A program made the position numbers and the translations under genes. The notes below the pieces were generated by a model. That model did no database searches and was not told where the DNA came from. It saw only the letters and a list, made by a program, of their open reading frames with translations. Shown here one piece after another: positions 17,442-26,258 of a DNA stretch of 42,748 nt (position 1 is its first letter; every line of letters begins with the position of its first letter). The DNA comes from Bacteroidales bacterium (lineage in GTDB: Bacteria; Bacteroidota; Bacteroidia; Bacteroidales; WCHB1-69), in the NCBI GenBank assembly GCA_031266895.1, contig JAISAD010000162.1, positions 1 through 42,748 on the forward strand, given 5' to 3'.

Positions 17442-20231
17442 ATGAACAAAATATATGCTATGCTAATTGGCATGCTGCTGTTTATTCCTTTCAGCTTAAG
17501 CGCTCAAGAGGAGTATAAGCCCGGAATAGTTTGGATTAAGACTGATAATGCTGAAATTATTCCGGTTAAGGGGTCTGATTCCAGAGATGCGGATTTTGCA
17601 AAAATTTTGTACGATTTTAATATTATGGATATTACGCAGCCCTACTGGTTTGCAAAAACGGCGGAGTTGCGCAAAATCTATGAATTGAAGACCCATTTCA
17701 GCGAAGATTCGCTGCTTTTGGTGCTGGATCGCTTAAATGCTCAAAAGAAGCTGTTTGTAGCCATAGAAAAGCGGCCTGTGCCTCGACCTGTATCCGAACC
17801 GGTTGATTACATGTGGTGGTTGACCAATAACGACCCTGATAATGATTATCTTTGGTACTTGCAGACTATTCAGGCTCCCCTGGCCTGGGAGATTACCAAA
17901 GGGGATACTAATGTAAAAGTGGCTCTTACCGAGGGAGGACTAGACCCTTTACATCCCGATCTGGTAGGGAAAATCAGCCCTCCATACGATTTTTATTACG
18001 GAACCCCTCTTTCTTTTTATGAATCTTCCAATAAAAATCATGGAACTTCTGTGGCCACATTAATTGCCGCAGAGACTACCGATGCCGGCCATACTCCAAA
18101 TGGACAAATGGCCTCCATAGGATACAATACCCGTATCATGTATTCCAGATATCTCGGCCCTGTAATATGCGCACATGCCAGCACTGTACTTGGTGCCGAT
18201 ATAATTTCTTTAAGCTGGGATTTTGGGTGTGAGCCGTATATGGATTACCTTGCTGTGGAACAGGAGATACTAAATAATGGAACTACTATTATTCGTGCTG
18301 CCGGAAACGGTCCAGGATATTGTAACGGACAAAGATTGTATCCGTTTTCGGGCTATGAAGACCCCAGGACTATTGTGGTGAGCAGTACGGGAAAAGATGA
18401 CCGGCATGTCAATTCCGAAGAGTGTTCGGGATATGCTACGAACAGCCACTACCCCGAAGTTGACTTGTGCGCTCCCGGATACAGAATTATGGCCGGAACT
18501 AGCAGTACGGAAAATGAAAGCACTGCCGCATGGCCATACTACGGATGCTGGGGCGGCACATCGCAAAGCACGCCCATTGTTACGGGAACGGCCGCGCTAA
18601 TGTACTCCGTAAACCCCTGCCTGAGCTCTAACTGGACACAGGATATTCTTAAGAATACGACAGACCCGATTGCAGATGCCGCAAATTTTCCGGGAATGGT
18701 CGGTACCGGGCGGTTGAATGCCTACAAGGCAGTGCGGGCGGCACAGGGCGCTTATAAAAATACGCTGGATTTGTATATTAAAGACCGTTTAGAAGATTTC
18801 GGCTATCCAAATTGTTATGTCTGGGACTGGAATATTGACAAAAGCCCCGACATTTGGGTGCGAAATCAAAAAGACGGCTTTACCAGCCAGGAGCATCAGG
18901 AGCCGGAATTTAGCAGCAGCCAGCCGGTTTATGTCTATGTGAGAGTCTGGAACAAGAGTTGCGAACCGAGCAGCGGACAGGGCAACATATCGCTATACTG
19001 GACAAAAGCCTCTACCGTATCCTCCTGGCCGCAAAACTGGAATGGCACCCAGCCCGAAATCGGCAATAAAATTGCCACCCTCTCTATTCCCTATTTGGCG
19101 CCGGGCGAAAGTACCGTGCTGGAATTTGAATGGAATATTTTGAATCCATACATTCATCGGAACTGGGGAGCATGCCTGCTGGCAAGAATTGAAGATATTT
19201 CGCAAGACCCCATCACAGTATATCCCAATCATTTGGAAGACGATATCTACTGGAATAATAACATCGCCATGCGCAATGTAACCATTGTAGATGTGAATCG
19301 CGAACGGCCTGAAATAGACGGGCAGTTGTATCCCCATGGCCGTTTTATGTTTATCGGAAATGCCACTGACGAAGAGGCCACTTTTGACATCACTTTTGAT
19401 GTCCCTGCCGAAAAACAGGAATCTTCTATCGTAAAGGAGGCTGAGGTGCACATTATTACGGATGAAGAGGGCTGGGATATTCTTTCTCAGGCCGTGAAAC
19501 AGCATCCTGATATTAAGGTATTGAAAGACAGGGAATTTTTAATTCTGAGTCCCAGGGTTACGCTGCAGAATATTGCCTTTAAGGCCCAGACAAGAATCCC
19601 GATTTATGCAGGCTTCAGTTTTTTAACCAAAGAGAACACCGCAGAAAGGGAATATGAGTATCGCGTGGTTCAGAATTTCAGCAAGCTCGACAGGCAATTG
19701 GCAGGCGCAGAGCATTTCGTTATACGCAAGTCTGCCAGAAATCCCTTTTATGCAGATGCCGGTAAAAACATGGCAATCCGAAAAAATGAAACGGCTGCCA
19801 TAGAGGCAAAAGACATTGCAGAGCCGGCTGACTATAACTGGTACGACAGTGAGGGAAATCTGATGCTGTCGAGTAAAAGCATGGAAATATCTCCTGAAAT
19901 CACCTCAAAATATAAGCTTGAAGTGGTAGCCGGTGCTGACGGCTTTAAAGATTATGACGACATCACCGTTAGCGTAAAACAGTTCTGGATTAGTACAATA
20001 ACTCCTAACCCCGCCAGCGCAGGCATAGTTGTGGAATATGAAATTGCCGGTGCCAAAAGCGCCTGTATTATGATTATGAATGCATTCGGCACCATTAGCA
20101 ATAACTATATTCTTGCAGAAAACAGCAATGCTGTTTCAATCAATATATCCGGCTATAAGCCCGGTGCGTATAGCGTAATTTTAATAGCAGATGGAGTTGC
20201 GACAGATGCGCAAACTTTAATAATTCAATAA
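17442..20231 (+). CDS. Subtilisin-like (S8 family) protein with a T9SS C-terminal domain; Glu occupies the expected catalytic Asp position
   Basis: 929 aa with signal peptide MNKIYAMLIGMLLFIPFSLSAQ. The His motif is NHGTSVATLIAA (H200) and the Ser motif is GGTSQSTPIVTGTAAL (S374). The Asp-box region reads VKVALTEGGLDPLHPDL instead of V.V.DTG.D..HPDL. The C-terminus ITPNPASAGIVVEYEI...GAYSVILIADGVATDAQTLIIQ is a T9SS tail. Confidence 0.85.
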   Translation: MNKIYAMLIGMLLFIPFSLSAQEEYKPGIVWIKTDNAEIIPVKGSDSRDADFAKILYDFNIMDITQPYWFAKTAELRKIYELKTHFSEDSLLLVLDRLNAQKKLFVAIEKRPVPRPVSEPVDYMWWLTNNDPDNDYLWYLQTIQAPLAWEITKGDTNVKVALTEGGLDPLHPDLVGKISPPYDFYYGTPLSFYESSNKNHGTSVATLIAAETTDAGHTPNGQMASIGYNTRIMYSRYLGPVICAHASTVLGADIISLSWDFGCEPYMDYLAVEQEILNNGTTIIRAAGNGPGYCNGQRLYPFSGYEDPRTIVVSSTGKDDRHVNSEECSGYATNSHYPEVDLCAPGYRIMAGTSSTENESTAAWPYYGCWGGTSQSTPIVTGTAALMYSVNPCLSSNWTQDILKNTTDPIADAANFPGMVGTGRLNAYKAVRAAQGAYKNTLDLYIKDRLEDFGYPNCYVWDWNIDKSPDIWVRNQKDGFTSQEHQEPEFSSSQPVYVYVRVWNKSCEPSSGQGNISLYWTKASTVSSWPQNWNGTQPEIGNKIATLSIPYLAPGESTVLEFEWNILNPYIHRNWGACLLARIEDISQDPITVYPNHLEDDIYWNNNIAMRNVTIVDVNRERPEIDGQLYPHGRFMFIGNATDEEATFDITFDVPAEKQESSIVKEAEVHIITDEEGWDILSQAVKQHPDIKVLKDREFLILSPRVTLQNIAFKAQTRIPIYAGFSFLTKENTAEREYEYRVVQNFSKLDRQLAGAEHFVIRKSARNPFYADAGKNMAIRKNETAAIEAKDIAEPADYNWYDSEGNLMLSSKSMEISPEITSKYKLEVVAGADGFKDYDDITVSVKQFWISTITPNPASAGIVVEYEIAGAKSACIMIMNAFGTISNNYILAENSNAVSINISGYKPGAYSVILIADGVATDAQTLIIQ

Positions 20232-20248
20232 TCTAAATTTTTGATACT

Positions 20249-21157
20249 ATGAAAAAGATTCTTTTAGTTATTTTAATTTGCGGGCTTTATCTGCCCCTCT
20301 GGTCACAGCTGGCTGTGGATGCCGGCAGCAATAAGCATCTTTGCCAAGATGAAGATACCGTCTATTTGGGAGGAAACCCTACAGCATGGGGCGGCACCCC
20401 ACCTTATACTTACTGCTGGTGGGTAGAATATCGCCCGTGGTTTCCCGGGTCTCACATTTATTACCGCGCTTCCTATTTGCTGGATGACACTACAAGCGCC
20501 AACCCCAGAGTGCTTTTCGAGTCTTCATCATTAAACAGTCTCTCCTGCATCTACCTTACTGTTACAGATAACAGCGGACAGAGCGTAACCGATTCGGTAA
20601 GCGTAACAGCGTCCCAATTTGTCCATCTTCTTTCTTTGCCCTGGCACTATTCTGTTATACCGGGCGATTCTCTCTGGATTACCGGAGTGGGAAATATAGC
20701 TTCTCTTTTTCCGAGTTCCTGTTTATGGCGGCCTTCTGCAGGGCTGTCAGACACGACGCTCTGTGATGGCTTTTGGGCAAAACCAGATACTACTACCACT
20801 TATTATCAAGTGTTAATTGATACCTTTGGCTGCATGGCCGGTCCGCACGAGGCTTTTACCGTGCATATGAGCGGCGTAAACGTTCCGGAGGCGGATTTGC
20901 CTGAATATGTACACGTTTATCCCAATCCGGCGCGGGAACAGGCTTTGTTTGTCTGGGATTTCGGAACAGGACAGGCGCCTCATGCTCAACTGCTTATTTT
21001 CGACCCCGCAGGGAAAGCCATTCTCGCCAGGCAGCTGGAAGACGCCACCGGCCAGTGGAGTTGGGAAACCGGAAACATCCCTGCCGGCAGCTATCTCTAC
21101 CGCATAATCTGCCATGGCAGGCCGGCCGCGAGCGGAAAAATTGTGGTAGCAAAGTAA
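20249..21157 (+). CDS. T9SS-sorted secreted protein, unknown function
   Basis: 302 aa with signal peptide MKKILLVILICGLYLPLWSQ. It has the motif VDAGSNKHLCQDEDTVYLGGNPTAWGGTPPYTYCWW. The C-terminus VHVYPNPAREQALFVWDF...GSYLYRIICHGRPAASGKIVVAK is a T9SS tail. It lies 17 nt downstream of the S8 gene and is probably co-transcribed. Confidence 0.75.
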   Translation: MKKILLVILICGLYLPLWSQLAVDAGSNKHLCQDEDTVYLGGNPTAWGGTPPYTYCWWVEYRPWFPGSHIYYRASYLLDDTTSANPRVLFESSSLNSLSCIYLTVTDNSGQSVTDSVSVTASQFVHLLSLPWHYSVIPGDSLWITGVGNIASLFPSSCLWRPSAGLSDTTLCDGFWAKPDTTTTYYQVLIDTFGCMAGPHEAFTVHMSGVNVPEADLPEYVHVYPNPAREQALFVWDFGTGQAPHAQLLIFDPAGKAILARQLEDATGQWSWETGNIPAGSYLYRIICHGRPAASGKIVVAK

Positions 21158-21197
21158 TTCAAAATTACAAACAGGATTTGAGCACTCTGGCGCACTT

Positions 21198-21872
21198 TCA
21201 CCTTCCTGCTCCCTGCACCACCACCACAAATTCTCCCTTAACAGCAGTTTTTTCTGAAAAAAACCGCTGCGCTTCCTGCAGGCAGCCTCTAAAATGCTCT
21301 TCGTGAATTTTGCTGATCTCTCTCGAAATGCAGAGCGGCCGGTCGGCGCCGAAAAGGGGGAGCATCATCTCCAGGGTTTTGAGCAGCCGGTGGGGCGATT
21401 CATAGAATACTACCGTCTCGGTTCGTTCGCTGAGGTTTCGCAAAGCGCTCTCTTTCCCCTTTTTATGAGGCAGGAACCCGTGAAAGTAGAAACTGTGGCA
21501 CGGCAGGCCCGAGGCCACCAGCGCCGGTACAAAGGCAGTAGCGCCGGGCAGGCATTCTACTTCAATGCCCTGTGCCACGCATTCGCGAATCAGCAAAAAT
21601 CCAGGGTCGGAAATGGCTGGCGTGCCCGCATCGCTGGCAAGGGCTACGCTGTCGGCCTGCCTGATGTGGCTGAGCATTGTAGCCAGTTGCTGATGCTCAT
21701 TGTGAATATGACAGGCAAAGCAGCGCTTCTCTATCTGATAGTGGGCAAGCAGATTTTTAGTGGTGCGGGTATCTTCGCAGTAGATAAAGTCCACAGACTG
21801 CAGCACCTTGAGCGCCCGCAAAGTTATATCTTCCAGATTGCCGATGGGCGTGGGGACTATGTAGAGTTTCAT
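21198..21872 (-). CDS. rsmI: 16S rRNA (cytidine1402-2'-O)-methyltransferase
   Basis: 224 aa. MKLYIVPTPIGNLEDITLRALKVLQSVDFIYCEDTRTTKNLL is the classic RsmI (tetrapyrrole-methylase fold) N-terminus. Confidence 0.9.
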   Translation of the reverse strand: MKLYIVPTPIGNLEDITLRALKVLQSVDFIYCEDTRTTKNLLAHYQIEKRCFACHIHNEHQQLATMLSHIRQADSVALASDAGTPAISDPGFLLIRECVAQGIEVECLPGATAFVPALVASGLPCHSFYFHGFLPHKKGKESALRNLSERTETVVFYESPHRLLKTLEMMLPLFGADRPLCISREISKIHEEHFRGCLQEAQRFFSEKTAVKGEFVVVVQGAGR

Positions 21873-21893
21873 TAATTCATAAATTTCTTAAAT

Positions 21894-23228
21894 TCATAAT
21901 TTTTTTATCCCGCTAATAATCAGCCTCACCGTCTGCTCATACTCCTCCAGTCCGCATTGCTCGCAGTTGTCGCCGGGAGCATGATAGCCGCCATAGCGTC
22001 CGCCCAGAGTGTAGATAAACATAGCCGGCACCCCTTTCGCGGTAAAGGGGTAATGATCGCTGTTGGGCGCATTATCTCTGACTTTTAAATTTTTATGGTA
22101 CCGAAACTGCTCATTTGCCGCTGCCATGCCTTGATAGAAGCGGCCGCTGTCTATACTCATCACATTTTCCAGCATCAGCCCGTCGCTGCCGCCGCACAGC
22201 ATGTCGAGATTGAGGAGCAGCCTGATTTTCGACAGGTCTATCAGCGGATTTTCAGCAAAATGCTGCGACCCCAGCAGTCCGCTCTCTTCCCCACTGAAAA
22301 GAATATACAGCACATGGTACCTTATCGGATTATGGTGAAAATGGCGGGCTAAATCCAGCACTGCCGCGCAGCCGCTTGCATTGTCGTGGGCACCCGGATA
22401 GTAAACCCGCGTCCCCATCATGCCCAAATGGTCGTAGTGGGCGGTAAAGACGATAAAGCTGTCCACTGCGCCCCGCTCCATGGCACACACATTCTGCGTG
22501 GCAAGCCGGGTGTGGCGGTTGTCCAAATCAACAGTAATGCTTTTGTGGGCACGCTTGAGCAGCCCTGCCCGCAGGTAAATTACAGTAAAATTGCGCTCAT
22601 ATTCACTGCCTGCCAGCGACTGCGGAGGCAGTTGCGTCTCTTCAATCAGCAGGGCCGCCGTATGAAACGGATTCTCATAGCGCAATTTCAGCACGGCCTG
22701 TAGAAACTCTTGCCCTTCTGCCTCGCTTGCAGCCTTATAGGGTTCTGCAAGATTGAGATACACGGCAACAGGAGTGCGGCTTTTCGCCGCTTTTTGCTGC
22801 CACTTTTCTAATAAGGCTCTGTTTTTTGGCAGCAGCAGGGTGGGAGACAGGCGCACAATTTTCAGCCTTGCATGCAGCGCCGCCGAATAGTCGGCAATGC
22901 GGTAGTCAGCCTGCGGCGACAGGCTGTGCAGGCCCAGCTGCACCTCCGCATGGCCATCCATCGCAAAGGCAGGGCAGGAAAAGTACTGATAGTACTGCTC
23001 ATCCACAGGCAACACTCCCATATTGGAAAAGCAGCGGCTCAAATAGGCCGCTGCTTTAGCTGCGCCGTCCCTCTCGATATTTCTGCCGGCCATTTCGGGC
23101 GAGGCAAGGGTACAAATAACTTGTCTTGCAAAAGCACTGTCCTGTGCACAGGTTATGGAGCTGCAGCCACTCAATCCTAAGAGCAGCAGCAAAAAAAGGA
23201 GGCGTTTCATCTTACTCTTCGGGGGCAA
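21894..23228 (-). CDS. M28-family metallo-aminopeptidase lipoprotein
   Basis: 444 aa with lipobox LLLLGLSGCSS. It has the M28 metal-ligand motifs HYDHLG, GAHDNASGCAAVLDLAR and FSGEESGLLGSQHF. Confidence 0.85.
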   Translation of the reverse strand: MPPKSKMKRLLFLLLLLGLSGCSSITCAQDSAFARQVICTLASPEMAGRNIERDGAAKAAAYLSRCFSNMGVLPVDEQYYQYFSCPAFAMDGHAEVQLGLHSLSPQADYRIADYSAALHARLKIVRLSPTLLLPKNRALLEKWQQKAAKSRTPVAVYLNLAEPYKAASEAEGQEFLQAVLKLRYENPFHTAALLIEETQLPPQSLAGSEYERNFTVIYLRAGLLKRAHKSITVDLDNRHTRLATQNVCAMERGAVDSFIVFTAHYDHLGMMGTRVYYPGAHDNASGCAAVLDLARHFHHNPIRYHVLYILFSGEESGLLGSQHFAENPLIDLSKIRLLLNLDMLCGGSDGLMLENVMSIDSGRFYQGMAAANEQFRYHKNLKVRDNAPNSDHYPFTAKGVPAMFIYTLGGRYGGYHAPGDNCEQCGLEEYEQTVRLIISGIKKL

Positions 23229-24606
23229 ACATCGGATCCCACGGGGGAAGCACTGTCGGCTTTTGATTCAGCAGGTTCAGAATTTCGGCCGGTATATACT
23301 TTTTTTCTATCACCAGACGAAACATATACTCATTAAACCATTCGTTAGTCATAATAAGATTGCCCTTATAGCCGGAACTGCTGCCCCAGCTGTTTTCCAC
23401 CATCCACTTTTTGGGCTGTCCGGAATCATCCAAATCCACAGCTATCAAGGTCATAGCATGAGAAGAGCCGCTGGCAAATGTAGCAATGCGCTCTTTTTTA
23501 TTCATTTCGAAAGTGACGCCCATCAACGAAGCATAATCATAATTGTTGATATCCAGAAAGCCTTTATCGCGATCTAAAAACTTGCTCACATCACATGAAA
23601 AATACATGGAGCAGCTGTCTTTTATGGAAGCAATAGCCATCGAGGCAATTTTATCCATCGGCAGATTCAGGTATTTCCAGTTCTGTCCCTCATACACATG
23701 CCGATCGTACTCAATTTCATACACCTTATTATATTCGCGGGTAGGGTCGTTCATAATCATAATGTAATCGCTGAAATCCTGGCTGGCAAATTCCTGACAG
23801 AACGATTGCGGGGTGTAGGCTTTGGAATTTGAAGGCTTGCCCTGCGCATCTTTTGGGCTCCATGTAAACTCTTTTACCGGCTCGCCCAGGTTGAGCGCCA
23901 GCATCCGGTAGATAACCCCCAGCATCTCTATTTTCCTGTCGTTCAACTTGGCCGGCGTCATCCCTTTTTCCTTGCTCGCAGTGCGCAACTGCAATCCAAA
24001 CTCGCGCAGCTTCAGCCTCAGCAGCTGCGAAAGGCGGCTGGTATTGTTGCTGCTGTAAGTTTCGGGCATCACATCGCGGGGCACAACGCCATATTTGGCT
24101 ACAAGATTGGCCACGCCCGTAAATTGCCCTCCGTCGCCGATCGGATTCTTAAAAAGCCACTCTACTTTCCGGTCGCTCATTTCGCTGCTGCGCGTCTCTA
24201 TAATAGCCTGCAAAAAAAGATTGGCCTTTTCCAGCTGATCCCAGAAAAAGAGATAATTTTGCGAAAATTGAAAGTCGGAAGGCAAATGATGTCCTGCAAT
24301 GGCTTTGGTTCTCAATACATTGAGGCCGGTAAAAAGCCAGCAGCGTCCCGAAGATTTCTGGTTGGTAACGGACTTTGTATTTACCTGATTGGAAAAATAG
24401 CTGTCGAAAGCGGCAGCATTGTCGCTGTTGACAGCCAGTTTGTTGATGCCGAGAGAGTGCAGTGCATTTTTTATCACTTTCATTTCCGGCGATAGAGTGT
24501 AAGCTTTTTGAATTTGAGTCAGCATTGCAGCATCAATGCCGCCTTGCTGGGCAAAAACCGTACCGATGCAGGCGGTCATTAAGCAGGTGAACAGCTGTTT
24601 TTTCAT
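23212..24606 (-). CDS. pepC: Aminopeptidase C / bleomycin hydrolase family (C1B cysteine peptidase)
   Basis: Active-site motif QKSSGRCWLF, and the protein ends in the family-typical ...WDPMFAPEE. The preferred start is the ATG at 24606 (MKKQLFTCLMTACIGTVFAQ). The track start at 24654 lies upstream of the -7 box. The stop overlaps the M28 gene start by 17 nt. Confidence 0.88.
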   Translation of the reverse strand: MKKQLFTCLMTACIGTVFAQQGGIDAAMLTQIQKAYTLSPEMKVIKNALHSLGINKLAVNSDNAAAFDSYFSNQVNTKSVTNQKSSGRCWLFTGLNVLRTKAIAGHHLPSDFQFSQNYLFFWDQLEKANLFLQAIIETRSSEMSDRKVEWLFKNPIGDGGQFTGVANLVAKYGVVPRDVMPETYSSNNTSRLSQLLRLKLREFGLQLRTASKEKGMTPAKLNDRKIEMLGVIYRMLALNLGEPVKEFTWSPKDAQGKPSNSKAYTPQSFCQEFASQDFSDYIMIMNDPTREYNKVYEIEYDRHVYEGQNWKYLNLPMDKIASMAIASIKDSCSMYFSCDVSKFLDRDKGFLDINNYDYASLMGVTFEMNKKERIATFASGSSHAMTLIAVDLDDSGQPKKWMVENSWGSSSGYKGNLIMTNEWFNEYMFRLVIEKKYIPAEILNLLNQKPTVLPPWDPMFAPEE

Positions 24607-24632
24607 ATAAGTTATTTTTAAAAAATTTGGCG

Positions 24633-24640
24633 CAAAGATA
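24633..24640 (-). promoter_or_regulatory. -7 promoter box (TAtcTTTG, minus strand) for the pepC / M28 / rsmI transcription unit
   Basis: The plus strand reads caaagata, 27 nt upstream of the ATG at 24606. Confidence 0.5.
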
Positions 24641-24672
24641 CGGCAAAATATCAAACTGAGATTACTGCCTGC

Positions 24673-25293
24673 TTACGCTTCATCATTTTCCAGCTCCTTC
24701 AACTCCTGCAAGTTTTCCTGAATGGAAGCTATATGTTTGCTATATACCATTTTATACATATAAATACTGACTAGAATGCCGGTAAAAATGATACAAGTAA
24801 AAAATATCCACAGGAGCAGAGGCGCTTTCAGTATCGCGTATATACTTACACCCAGTGCTGTTAGAATAACGGTTATAATAATCGTTGCGATCTTTTCAAT
24901 TTTATTCATCAGACTGTATTTAGCAATGCATATTTGATTGTACATAAGGTTTTTTGAGGTGTCCAGACGCATCAGAAACCGCAATTTTACGATATACCAT
25001 ACAGTGATAAGGGATAATAGCACATACATAAAAACATAAAATATTCTGCCTGTAATCAGAGCAGGCAGGCCAAGATGGGGGAATTGATTTTCAATGGCGC
25101 CGTTAAGCCATACCATAGCGGGAATCAGCAATATGACGATAATCAGACTGAAAAAATCCCAATTGACCAGTTTTCGGATGGATGAGCTTGATTTTGAAGT
25201 GATAAGCTTCTTGATGTAGGTTTTGTTAAAGGCATGTTGCGGTAAATTTTCGCTTGCCGTTTTCCATGATTGTTTTAATTCTTCTAAGTCCAT
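24673..25293 (-). CDS. Four-TM membrane protein encoded immediately after the ECF sigma factor (candidate anti-sigma or partner protein)
   Basis: 206 aa, 25 nt downstream of the sigma gene. It has a soluble N-terminus (MDLEELKQSWKTASENL...), four hydrophobic segments and an acidic coiled tail. There is no HxxxCxxC zinc anti-sigma motif. Confidence 0.55.
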   Translation of the reverse strand: MDLEELKQSWKTASENLPQHAFNKTYIKKLITSKSSSSIRKLVNWDFFSLIIVILLIPAMVWLNGAIENQFPHLGLPALITGRIFYVFMYVLLSLITVWYIVKLRFLMRLDTSKNLMYNQICIAKYSLMNKIEKIATIIITVILTALGVSIYAILKAPLLLWIFFTCIIFTGILVSIYMYKMVYSKHIASIQENLQELKELENDEA

Positions 25294-25318
25294 GATTCTA
25301 TTAATTTTTATTGATTTA

Positions 25319-25813
25319 TTATTGATTTGACAATATTTTTAAGGTTGTTTTAATGCGTTTCAGCCTGGTGCCCACATTGGCAACCGATAACCCTGTAATC
25401 TCTGCAATTTCCTGATACGGCTTTTCTTCCAGCCATAGTAGAATCAGGGTACGGTCAAATGTTTTCAATTGCGCAATGCATCGGTACAGCTCTTTAATCT
25501 CCTGCTGCATGGATTCGCTTTCAAGTAACGGGATGGATACTTCTGTCAGCGATATGTTTTGCTGATGCTTTTTCTCGGTGCGTATCACTGAAATGCAGCA
25601 ATTGAGGGCAATGCGCCAAATCCAGGTGGTAATGCTGCTTTCGCTGCGGAATTTGGGATAGCCTTTCCACAGGGCAAGTACGGTTTCCTGATAGAGATCG
25701 TCTCTCGAAATGGTTTGCGTAGCGTAAAAGCTGCAGATTTTATACACTACCGCTTCGTTTTGCGATAGCATCTCTATGAAATCTTCTGTTAATAATCTGT
25801 CGTGTTGGTTCAT
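25319..25813 (-). CDS. ECF-type RNA polymerase sigma-70 family factor
   Basis: 164 aa. The region 2 pattern is DDLYQETVLALWKGYPKFRSESSITTWIWRIALNCCIS. Region 4 is LWLEEKPYQEIAEITGLSVANVGTRLKRIK. The size and two-domain layout are typical of ECF sigmas. Confidence 0.88.
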   Translation of the reverse strand: MNQHDRLLTEDFIEMLSQNEAVVYKICSFYATQTISRDDLYQETVLALWKGYPKFRSESSITTWIWRIALNCCISVIRTEKKHQQNISLTEVSIPLLESESMQQEIKELYRCIAQLKTFDRTLILLWLEEKPYQEIAEITGLSVANVGTRLKRIKTTLKILSNQ

Positions 25814-25904
25814 GCCAATGTTTTTTTTCGATTAGAGTTTTTTCAGTTAGACGCGGGAAAATAAGAAAAATGACATCAGAGAAAATGATAAATAATTTTT
25901 TTTG

Positions 25905-25912
25905 TATTTTTG
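25905..25912 (+). promoter_or_regulatory. -7 promoter box (TAttTTTG) reading toward the 42-bp repeat array and the 26259 operon
   Basis: tatttttg at 25905-25912 in the divergent intergenic region. Confidence 0.45.
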
Positions 25913-26010
25913 CAGCCGAAATTTTTTAATCAAAGTAAAAATAAAACCCCATGCTAAATACAGACTGCACAGCGCATCTCGAACAGGCAGAACGCCACTC
26001 GGAATATGAC

Positions 26011-26217
26011 TTGACGAACCTTTTAGGGCAAATTTGCCCGTTCATCATCTTACGAACAAAGCTTTTAGCCCTCGCCGACTCATTCATCACCTTACGAACA
26101 AAGCTTTTAACCCTTGCCGACTCATTCATTATCTTACGAACGAAGCTTTTAGCCCTCGCTGGCTCATTCATAGCCTTACGAAGGAGGCTTTTAGCCTTTT
26201 CCGACTCGTTTATCACC
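26011..26217 (+). repeat. 42-bp tandem repeat array: four good units at 26050, 26092, 26134 and 26176, plus degenerate flanking units
   Basis: The unit is TTACGAACAAAGCTTTTAGCCCTCGCCGACTCATTCATCACC. The degenerate first unit contains a 14-bp perfect palindrome, GGGCAAATTTGCCC, at 26026-26039. The array lies between the ECF sigma gene and the ATG at 26259. Three of six frames are open only because the unit is 14 codons long. Confidence 0.9.
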
Positions 26218-26258
26218 TTACAAACAAAATTTTTATATCTATAATTAAAAATAATATC

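Noticed and set aside
21294-21875. A 193-aa ORF antisense to rsmI. Similar antisense ORFs are 15354-15956, 16002-16607 and 16623-17276 (OM-like gene), 27463-28008 and 29857-30540 (S8 gene), 31106-31597 and 31646-32086 (scaffold), and 41184-41750 (rfbB).
   Set aside because: Each overlaps a confidently assigned gene on the opposite strand. None has a motif, signal peptide or promoter box.
26011-26217. Possible CRISPR array, considered because of the regular short repeats.
   Set aside because: The repeats are directly abutting with no unique spacers between units, and no cas genes are nearby. This is a plain tandem repeat.
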